Part shown: in pieces, positions 27,893-34,907 of the stretch | Numbering within the stretch: position 1 is the stretch's first letter | Layout of the letters: each line of letters begins with the position of its first letter | Source: an uncultured Bdellovibrionales bacterium | Lineage (GTDB): Bacteria > Patescibacteriota > Minisyncoccia > Moranbacterales > DUUL01 | Direction: 5' to 3' | Assembly (NCBI GenBank): GCA_964393045.1 | Contig: CAYMRZ010000001.1 | Location: 2,102-41,202 of the forward strand | Length of the DNA: 39,101 nt | Translations under genes and position numbers: made by a program | Notes under the pieces: generated by a model | Told to the model about the DNA's origin: nothing | The model's database searches: none | Seen by the model: the letters and a program-made list of their open reading frames with translations, nothing else

Positions 27893-28990
27893 TTACTTTA
27901 AGGCTACTCTTAGTTTTTCTTCTTGATTGTGTCTTTCTAGCGCCAAGGTGATTAATTTTTCTATTAATTTTTCATAAGGCAAGCCGCTCTTTTCCCAAAG
28001 CTTGGGGTACATACTGATAGAAGTAAATCCGGGAATAGTATTAATTTCATTGGCATAAATTTTATTTTTTTCCGTTAGAAAAAAATCAACTCGGCCCATC
28101 CCTTCACAATCAAGTGCTTGGTAGACATTAATTGCCATTTCTTGGATTTTTTTGGTTATTTTTTTTGAAATGTCAGCTGGGATAATTAAATCAGCGCCTT
28201 TCTTGTCCAAATATTTGGCCTTATAAGAATAGAAATCATATTTGGGAATTATTTCTCCTAACACAGAGGCGCAGGGTTTTTCATTCCCTAAAACCGAGCA
28301 TTCCAACTCTCTCCCTTCAATGAATTTTTCTAGAATGATTTTATTATCATAGCAGAAAGCTAAGCATGTCCCTTTCTCAAATTCTTTTATATTTCTAATT
28401 TTACTCACTCCAACAGAAGAACCAAGGCTGGCAGGCTTAATAAAAAAAGGAATTCCAAGCTCTTTTTTTATTTCCTCGAAAGTCTTTTCATTTTTATTGG
28501 CTTTTTTTATCACTAAAAATTTTCCAACAGGAATTTTTGCATTCCGCAAAATTTTTTTAGAAAATTCTTTGTCCATTCCCGCGGCTGAGCCCAAAATGCC
28601 TGCTCCTACGAAAGGAGTATTATACAATTTTAACAAGCCTTGGATGGAGCCATCCTCCCCAAAAGGTCCGTGAATAATTGGAAATACTAAAGCTACCTTC
28701 TCGTTTCTTCTGGAAGTTTTAATAAAAAAATTTCCTTGTCTGGTAAAAGGAAAAACAGATTCTCCTAGTTTCTTGGTTATTTTATTAATAGAATTTTTTT
28801 TGGATTCGGATAAAAATAGGTTTTTTTTAATTTTAATCCATTCTCCTTTGGGGGTGATGCCAATTAATACAATATTATATTTTTTCTTATTAATTCCTTT
28901 AAAAATATTTTTAGCTGAAACGATAGAAACTTCATGTTCCGCTGATTTTCCTCCAAAAATAAGAGCAATCCTTTTTTTCAATTTTTTCAA
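27893..28990 (-). CDS. ddl: D-alanine--D-alanine ligase
   Basis: 365 aa with N-terminal IALIFGGKSAEHEVS. The ATP-grasp core has FIKPASLGSSVG, GRELECSVLG and EINTIPGFT. Confidence 0.92.
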   Translation of the reverse strand: MKKLKKRIALIFGGKSAEHEVSIVSAKNIFKGINKKKYNIVLIGITPKGEWIKIKKNLFLSESKKNSINKITKKLGESVFPFTRQGNFFIKTSRRNEKVALVFPIIHGPFGEDGSIQGLLKLYNTPFVGAGILGSAAGMDKEFSKKILRNAKIPVGKFLVIKKANKNEKTFEEIKKELGIPFFIKPASLGSSVGVSKIRNIKEFEKGTCLAFCYDNKIILEKFIEGRELECSVLGNEKPCASVLGEIIPKYDFYSYKAKYLDKKGADLIIPADISKKITKKIQEMAINVYQALDCEGMGRVDFFLTEKNKIYANEINTIPGFTSISMYPKLWEKSGLPYEKLIEKLITLALERHNQEEKLRVALK

Positions 28991-29059
28991 TTTATTTTTT
29001 ATTCATTAAATTCTAACATATCTTAAGTTAAAATCCGAATTTTTATTCAATTCTAAACC

Positions 29060-29089
29060 AAATAGAGGCCTCTATAGAGGCCTCTATTT
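29060..29089. promoter_or_regulatory. Perfect 30-nt palindrome (two tandem copies of the 12-nt palindrome TAGAGGCCTCTA) 70 nt upstream of ddl
   Basis: AAATAGAGGCCTCTA|TAGAGGCCTCTATTT is its own reverse complement. It is a GC-rich core in AT-rich surroundings. Confidence 0.6.
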
Positions 29090-29391
29090 CATCAATCTTA
29101 AAAATAAAAACAGAGCTAATTCTTTGTTTCTATTACGCATATTTTATGATACAGCTTAATAAGTTGCTAATGATTCATATCGTTCACCGGCTGGCAGATT
29201 CAAATCAATTGATTAAGGTTAAGAATAAAAGGCGGGGAAAATGGCCTGTCCAGCACCAAGCTTAGCTTCGGTGCGGGAATCAATCTTCGAACCAGAATAG
29301 GGGAGAAATTGGAGGAAAATTGGGAAAAGCTTTTTGATTTGTTTGGGAGGATGGAAATGTTAATAAAATAACTTCATCAATAGTTTCCAAT

Positions 29392-29430
29392 AAAAAAAGC
29401 CCGTGGTATTCAATTGAACCCACTGGCGGC
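29392..29430 (-). terminator. Probable rho-independent terminator of the 29457..29873 gene
   Basis: On the minus strand: GCCGCCAGTGG-GTTCAATTGAAT-ACCACGGGC followed by TTTTTTT. The stem is imperfect (one bulge). Confidence 0.45.
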
Positions 29431-29456
29431 TTTTACTAGTTTGAATGATTTTACTG

Positions 29457-29873
29457 TTACTGATTCAGGAACTTTTTCCTAGTGTCCTCCTCGGCCGCAC
29501 GGCTGGCTTTAACTTCTCCATAGGATTTCTCCATTGAGTTGAAAGCCTGCTCGTCGATAAAAAATATGATACCGGAGGGGCATGGAGTTCCGATGGGTTT
29601 TCCTGGAGCCGTATACTTAACCAGAAGATGTTTGCCGTCTTTGGCAATCACCTCAATCAGTCCTCCGAACTCGATCCCACAAGTCCTGCACTCCTTTATG
29701 GAAAGTGATAAAGACCCAATGCTGCAATTTTGCTGAACAGGTTCGATGTTTTTAATATTAATCCACTGCCAATCAGATATGTGAGCCGTATCGCCAACCT
29801 CGGCCGCGAAGCCCACTGAAAAAGAAATAAAAAGAACGAATAATATTGTCAATGCAATCTGAATCTTTCTCAT
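29457..29873 (-). CDS. Secreted hypothetical protein (signal peptide, 6 Cys)
   Basis: I place the start at the internal Met (MRKIQIALTILFVLFISFSVGFAAE) because it is preceded by AAGGAGGATTCAG. G+C is visibly above the local background. Confidence 0.6.
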   Translation of the reverse strand: MRKIQIALTILFVLFISFSVGFAAEVGDTAHISDWQWINIKNIEPVQQNCSIGSLSLSIKECRTCGIEFGGLIEVIAKDGKHLLVKYTAPGKPIGTPCPSGIIFFIDEQAFNSMEKSYGEVKASRAAEEDTRKKFLNQ

Positions 29874-30014
29874 CTGAATCCTCCTTGCGATTGAATGGTT
29901 GAAATGAAACAGAACTAGCGATAAACCAAAGGTTATCATGAAATATTATCATAAATGATATAATTTGTCAATCTCTAACCATCAAAAAAGCCTTAAATAA
30001 AGGCTTTTCGAGTT

Positions 30015-30091
30015 TGGCGGGGACGACCGGACTCGAACCGGCGACCTACTGCGTGACAGGCAGTCGCTCTAACCAGCTGAGCTACGCCCCC
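30015..30091 (-). tRNA. tRNA-Asp (anticodon GTC), CCA encoded
   Basis: The reverse complement folds as GGGGGCG/CGTCCCC acceptor, GCTC-AGCTGGTTA-GAGC D arm, anticodon loop CTGTCAC, T arm GCCGG-TTCGAGT-CCGGT, G73, CCA. Confidence 0.92.
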
Positions 30092-30312
30092 GTATATAGG
30101 AAATTATGTTAAATATTATTTATTTTAAAAATTGCTTAAACATTGCTACTGCGAAGCTGGAAGCTGCCTGCCCGCCATAGCTTTAGCATAGGCGGGAGCT
30201 ACGCCCCCGTATATAGGAAATTATGTTAAATATTATTTATTTTAAAAATTACTTAAACATTGCTACTGCGAAGCTGGAAGTTATTTATCTCTCCCATAGC
30301 TTTAATGTAGTG
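30079..30312 (-). repeat. Two tandem 117-nt units, each holding the first 13 nt of tRNA-Asp, about 72 nt of upstream (promoter) sequence and a hairpin segment
   Basis: 30079-30165 and 30196-30282 differ at one position (g/a at 30134/30251). The remaining about 30 nt of each unit are diverged (CTGCCTGCCCGCCATAGCTTTAGCATAGGCGG versus TTATTTATCTCTCCCATAGCTTTAATGTAGTGAAG). Confidence 0.85.
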
Positions 30313-30459
30313 AAGCAAAGTTTATCTGCCTTTTGCAGGCCTTCATGAAAAAATTAACAAAATTAATTATAACTGTTTTTCCTAAAAATGCAATAAAAAA
30401 CGGGAGCACTTGATTCAAGTCTCCCGTTTTTGAGATCTTTCAATTTCAGAAAAGTTTTT

Positions 30460-30906
30460 TTAACAAAGCCTTATTCCCAAGAAGTGGTCCCACCCACAAG
30501 AACATACTCCCTCTTCATCCAAGGATCCCCCGCAGCCCTTGCAGCGGTTTCCATTGCGGCCAGGATAACCATCTTTCCGGGAAAAAACAATTTTTTTTGT
30601 TTCCAGGACAGCGATTTTGTTTGCGCTCAATCCCAAGCACAATTTTCTTATTTCCTCTAAGCCTACTTGTTTATGTTCCAAAAGAAAATTTTGCAGATTT
30701 TCCAGGGAGCATTCATCATCATTCAGCCAGGGAAATTCAATTCTGTCTTTCCACGAGCGAAAGAAAGTTTTACCAGTGCTGGGGTCCAATGCATAAAAAA
30801 TAAATTCTTCTCCCTGGTGCCATTTTAATGCTTGCACCATATAAAAGATTTCTTTTGCCGCTGACCCAGTCATTTCAACCATCATTTCCTCAAAATTTTT
30901 CCTCAT
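30460..30906 (-). CDS. Hypothetical protein with C-terminal 4-Cys zinc-ribbon-like motif
   Basis: Start placed at MRKNFEEMM, preceded by AAAGGAGAAGAAA. C-terminus is CKGCGGSLDEEGVCSCGW. G+C is visibly above background. Confidence 0.6.
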   Translation of the reverse strand: MRKNFEEMMVEMTGSAAKEIFYMVQALKWHQGEEFIFYALDPSTGKTFFRSWKDRIEFPWLNDDECSLENLQNFLLEHKQVGLEEIRKLCLGLSANKIAVLETKKIVFSRKDGYPGRNGNRCKGCGGSLDEEGVCSCGWDHFLGIRLC

Positions 30907-30994
30907 TTTCTTCTCCTTTCCTGGTTTTAAGATTAGTATTTTAAAAAACAAGCAGAAATACAAAAACAATAGATCTTTTATAAAAATTCAATCC

Positions 30995-31765
30995 TTACTG
31001 TTCAATTAATTCTATGCTTTCAATCACCATATCTTCTTCCGGATGATCTTTATTGTTAGTATCTACTTCTTCAATTTCCTCTACTACATCCATGCCGTCT
31101 GTCACTTTCCCAAAATTTGTATGTTTGCCGTCCAAATGGGGAGTGGAATCGGCGGTAATAATAAAAAATTGGGAGCCATTAGTGTCTGGTCCGGAATTGG
31201 CCATCGCCAAAGAACCGCGAACTAATTTATAAGAGTTAATTTCATCTTTGAATTCATAACCTGGTCCGCCTTGGCCGTCGTCTGACCAGTCGTCATCTTT
31301 AGAATTAGGATCACCGCCTTGGATCATAAAATCTTTAATCACGCGGTGGAATTTGGTGCCGTCATAAAAACCTTCTGAGGCCAGTTTTAAAAAATTATTC
31401 ACTGTTTTAGGGGAATCTTCATTAAAAAATTCTAATTTAATATCTCCCATATTCGTCTCCATCACTGCTGCTTTATATTTTTCAGCAAATTCATACTTTT
31501 TCTCTTCATCAAATTCTTCATCAATTTCTTCTTTTTCAGAATTTTTTGTTTCAGTAGTGGTATTGTTACCTGGCACTAGTCCTGGGGCAAGCTTGTCAGG
31601 ATTAGCCGGCTTTGGCGGTTCCTTGTATTTATTCATATCAATTTCCTGGTTTATGGCAGTTTGTTTTTCCATCGGAGCATTTTCCTTGTCCCTTTCCTGG
31701 AAACAACCAGCTAATAAAAAAATTGAAAACAAAAAAATAATAAAAAAATATTTTTTATTTTTCAT
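30995..31765 (-). CDS. Cyclophilin-type peptidyl-prolyl cis-trans isomerase, lipoprotein
   Basis: Lipobox LLAGC. Cyclophilin motifs are FHRVIKDFMIQGGDP, GSLAMANSGPDTNGSQFFI and HLDGKHTNFGKV. Confidence 0.9.
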   Translation of the reverse strand: MKNKKYFFIIFLFSIFLLAGCFQERDKENAPMEKQTAINQEIDMNKYKEPPKPANPDKLAPGLVPGNNTTTETKNSEKEEIDEEFDEEKKYEFAEKYKAAVMETNMGDIKLEFFNEDSPKTVNNFLKLASEGFYDGTKFHRVIKDFMIQGGDPNSKDDDWSDDGQGGPGYEFKDEINSYKLVRGSLAMANSGPDTNGSQFFIITADSTPHLDGKHTNFGKVTDGMDVVEEIEEVDTNNKDHPEEDMVIESIELIEQ

Positions 31766-31907
31766 AATCCATGTTAATTTTTATCAGAATAATCGATGGG
31801 AACTACAAAAATATTACCAATAAATAATTATAATTACAAATCTTGATCAGTGATTTGTTGTCCAGCATCTGCCAAGTTGACATCTTTTAATTTTTAAAAT
31901 GAAAAAT

Positions 31908-33716
31908 TTATAATTTTCCACCGCTTCTTTTGGCTCGAATTCTTTCATTTTCATTTAGATATTTTTTTCGCAGCCTCACGCTTTTAGGAGTTATTTCCAG
32001 ATATTCGTCGCCTGATATAAGCTCCATTCCACGTTCAATGGTAAGATCCATGGGAGGGATAAGCTGGATAGCATCATCGCTTCCACTGGCGCGCATATTG
32101 GTCAGTTGTTTTCCTTTAATGGGATTAACAGTCATATCGCATCCCTTGGCAGTATCGCCGATTACCATTCCTTCATAAACTTCCGTCCCAGCTCCAATAT
32201 ATAAGTTTCCTCTATTTTGTAAATTAAACAAGGAAAAACCCAATGCCTTGCCATTGATCATCGAAATCATTGATCCGGGCTGACTTTTCCTTATTTCTCC
32301 TGCCCAAGGGCGAAATTCTAGAAAACGAGTACAGAAAATTCCTTCACCTTTAGTGTCAACTACAAACTGGCTCCGATAACCAAACAGGCCCCGAGAGGGA
32401 ATTTCAAAAATCATTCTAGCATGCCCGTTGTTTTGTTTCATTTCTGTCATCACGCCTTTCCTCTTTCCTAATTTTTTAATAATAATTCCTGAATATTCTT
32501 CCTTTACATTGATAGTGACCTCCTCGTAAGGCTCCATTGTTCCCTCTTTTTGTTTTTTAATAATGACTTGAGGCTGAGAAATTTGAAGTTCGTAGCCTTC
32601 ACGCCTCATATTTTCAATTAAAATGGCAATATGAAGTTCTCCGCGTCCGGAAACTTTATAAAATTTATTAGATGAAAAATCAACTTTCAATCCTACATTG
32701 ACCTCCAGCTCTTTTTTCAAGCGTTCCTTGATTTGTAAATTTGTTACCAAGCTGCCTTCCCGGCTGGCGAAAGGTGAGTCGTTTACCAAAAAATTTAAGC
32801 TGATAGTTGGTTCGTCAATGATAATATTTGGCAGAGTTTTTTGACTTTTATTATTGCAAATAGTTTGACCGATATAAACATCTGGTAATCCGGCAATCAT
32901 TACAATATCTCCCTGAAAAGCTTCTTTGATTTCTTTTTTTTCAACTCCATGAAAGGTAAAAATTTTAGTTATGTACCCTTTTGAAATTTTTCCATCAGTT
33001 TTTTTAATTAACACAGCATCTCCGCTAGAAATTTTTCCTTTATAAATTCTTCCAATTGCCAGGCGCCCTAAAAAATTGTCATAAGCTAAATTAAAGGGCT
33101 GTAAAAGAAAATTTTCTTTAATCAAACTTGATTCATCTGAACTTGAAGCAGCAGGAACTTTTTCTATAATTAAGTCCAAGAGGGGATTGAGGTTATTATT
33201 TTTGTCTTTTAATTTTAGCTTGGCAATTCCTTGTTTGGCATTAGCATAAACAGTAATAAAATCAAGTTGTTCATCATTGGCGCCAAGGTCCAGAAATAGT
33301 TCATAAACCATTTCCTCCACTTCGGCTGGCCGGGCAGCCGGTTTGTCGATTTTATTTAAAACTACAATTGGCTTTAAGCCTAACTCTAAAGATTTTTTTA
33401 AAACAAAACGGGTTTGAGGCATAGGGCCTTCTTGCGCATCTATCAACAAAATCACGCAGTCGATAGCACGCAGAACGCGCTCTACTTCAGAGCCAAAGTC
33501 GGAATGGCCAGGCGTATCAACAATGTTAATTTTATTGTTTTTATAAATAACGGAAGTATTTTTTGAATAAATAGTAATTCCGCGCTCTTTTTCTAAGTCA
33601 TTGCTGTCCATTGAATATTCATCACAGGCAATTCCTGTCTGTCTCATCAAGGCGTCAGTTAGGGTGGTTTTTCCATGGTCGACATGAGCAATAATGGCAA
33701 TATTTCGTATTTTCAT
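31908..33716 (-). CDS. typA: Translational GTPase TypA/BipA
   Basis: 602 aa with G motifs [17 protein letters not shown] and NKIDK. It has EF-G-like domains and the BipA-type C-terminus. Confidence 0.93.
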   Translation of the reverse strand: MKIRNIAIIAHVDHGKTTLTDALMRQTGIACDEYSMDSNDLEKERGITIYSKNTSVIYKNNKINIVDTPGHSDFGSEVERVLRAIDCVILLIDAQEGPMPQTRFVLKKSLELGLKPIVVLNKIDKPAARPAEVEEMVYELFLDLGANDEQLDFITVYANAKQGIAKLKLKDKNNNLNPLLDLIIEKVPAASSSDESSLIKENFLLQPFNLAYDNFLGRLAIGRIYKGKISSGDAVLIKKTDGKISKGYITKIFTFHGVEKKEIKEAFQGDIVMIAGLPDVYIGQTICNNKSQKTLPNIIIDEPTISLNFLVNDSPFASREGSLVTNLQIKERLKKELEVNVGLKVDFSSNKFYKVSGRGELHIAILIENMRREGYELQISQPQVIIKKQKEGTMEPYEEVTINVKEEYSGIIIKKLGKRKGVMTEMKQNNGHARMIFEIPSRGLFGYRSQFVVDTKGEGIFCTRFLEFRPWAGEIRKSQPGSMISMINGKALGFSLFNLQNRGNLYIGAGTEVYEGMVIGDTAKGCDMTVNPIKGKQLTNMRASGSDDAIQLIPPMDLTIERGMELISGDEYLEITPKSVRLRKKYLNENERIRAKRSGGKL

Positions 33717-33992
33717 AATTTAAGATTATCAAATGTTTTTCAAAAATAAAACCGCCCTTATTCTCGCAAAGGCGGGAATTTAAATGAAGATTAAATTAAA
33801 ACAGATTAATTATAGATTAAAATAAATCAAACGTCAACTGAAATTATAGCTGAAAATTATGGATAATCAATACAAGTTGTAATATTTTTTAGAAAAGATA
33901 TAATTAACGGAAAGACACTAGCGTTACTTGTAATAAAATTATCTAGCCAAAATTAACTGAATTGATATTGTTATTTAATTATAAATTAGAAA

Positions 33993-34166
33993 ATGGATAA
34001 AATCAAAGTAGAAAATCACAGCTTTACTGCTTTTTCCTGGGTAGCTGGTTGGCTTTTCACTGTTGGATTTTTAGAGTTGGCTTTTTGGAAAGGATTGATA
34101 GCTGTTTTGCTTTGGCCATACTTTATCGGTCAAGTGATTCATGATGTGGTAAAATTAAATGTTTAA
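33993..34166 (+). CDS. Small membrane protein (57 aa), hypothetical; below the ORF-track size cutoff
   Basis: ATG 33993 to TAA 34164-34166 translates to MDKIKVENHSFTAFSWVAGWLFTVGFLELAFWKGLIAVLLWPYFIGQVIHDVVKLNV, with two hydrophobic helices. No SD is seen. Confidence 0.4.
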   Translation: MDKIKVENHSFTAFSWVAGWLFTVGFLELAFWKGLIAVLLWPYFIGQVIHDVVKLNV

Positions 34167-34321
34167 CAAATAGTATAATTTTTTTAGCTTGCTTTATCCT
34201 TGTGAATAAGTTAAAATCTTAGAGTGGAAATTATTTTTTTGCTGAAAGCATTTGGTTGTTGTCGGGAGAGGTTGGCTAGTTATTGGTTTAAAAATTTAAA
34301 ATTATAAATTAAAATTTACAA

Positions 34322-34499
34322 GCCCCTTTAGCTCAATTGGATAGAGCATCTGGCTTTCCTGCCCGCCGTACAAGCCCTCGTGGTGAAATGGATATCACGC
34401 TTGGCTTCGGACCAAGAATTTCGGGTTCGAATCCTGACGAGGGTACGGCTTGGCAGGCGGGGGATCAGAAGGTTGAGGGTTCGAGTCCTTCAGGGGGTA
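34322..34499 (+). tRNA. Interrupted tRNA (identity ambiguous: Pro/Gln/Glu depending on junction) with a 104-nt intervening sequence in the anticodon loop
   Basis: The 5' part (34322-34353) has acceptor GCCCCTT, D arm GCTC-AATTGGATA-GAGC and stem strand TCTGG. The 3' part (34465-34499) has TCAGA, variable AGGTT, T arm GAGGG-TTCGAGT-CCTTC, acceptor AGGGGGT and discriminator A. 111 nt lie between the two anticodon-stem strands, where 7 are expected. Confidence 0.65.
34374..34445 (+). tRNA. tRNA-Arg (anticodon TCG), nested inside the interrupted tRNA; CCA not encoded
   Basis: Hand-folded 72-nt cloverleaf: GCCCTCG/CGAGGGT acceptor, GTGA-AATGGATA-TCAC D arm (A20 present), CTTGG-CTTCGGA-CCAAG anticodon arm, variable AATT, T arm TCGGG-TTCGAAT-CCTGA, discriminator A. 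Confidence 0.85.
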
Positions 34500-34537
34500 T
34501 GTTGTTACAAGAAAATTACTTGAATACTGTCTTATAT

Positions 34538-34619
34538 AGAAAGTCGAGAGGGTTCGCCCTATCATACGATAGGGCGCCATGTTGAATAACATGGCGAGTC
34601 CTTCAGGGGTACGTTGTTA
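34538..34619 (+). pseudogene. Partial copy of the 3' third of the interrupted tRNA, with a 40-nt twin-hairpin insertion in the T loop
   Basis: AGAAAGTCGAGAGGGTTCG, then a 40-nt insert (34557-34596), then AGTCCTTCAGGGGTACGTTGTTA. This matches AGAAGGTTGAGGGTTCG|AGTCCTTCAGGGGGTATGTTGTTA of the gene 40 nt upstream. No 5' half precedes it. Confidence 0.7.
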
Positions 34620-34907
34620 GCTTTTTAGAATTTAGCTTTTTGGCTTATTAAACAAGAAAATTTTATTAATTTGCCTGTGAGTCTTTGAGCAGCAACAAAT
34701 TAATAATCCTGCAATTAAGCTTGCTTTAGCGGAAGAATAGAGTTGCTGAACGGCCCTAAAAGTTTTCAGGGTAAAAATCTTTTGGGGAGGTACTAATTAA
34801 ATTTTTATTTTATAAAAAACTGGGCTAATTTACTTCATGGTTGTTGCTCGGTTTTTTTATAAAAACAAAATTTGTGATAAAATAGAAATAAATCCGTAGT
34901 AAACTAT

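Noticed and set aside
29213-29371. Open 52-codon frame (…GGENGLSSTKLSFGAGINLRTRIGEKLEENWEKLFDLFGRMEMLIK*)
   Set aside because: It has no plausible start codon or SD and no recognisable family. It is possibly a gene remnant in the G+C-rich islet, but it cannot be supported as a CDS.
34354-34464. Group I intron or archaeal-type BHB intron in the tRNA anticodon loop
   Set aside because: Its 104-111 nt are far shorter than group I introns, and its core is a tRNA cloverleaf. I could not draw a 3-4-3 bulge-helix-bulge at the exon borders. It is therefore reported as a nested tRNA of unknown processing rather than a known intron class.
34337-34592. ORFs 34337..34585 (+, 82 aa) and 34395..34592 (-, 65 aa)
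   Set aside because: They are read entirely through tRNA and tRNA-fragment sequence, which accounts for their G+C-rich, Gly/Pro/Arg-rich translation. They have no SD and no protein-like features.
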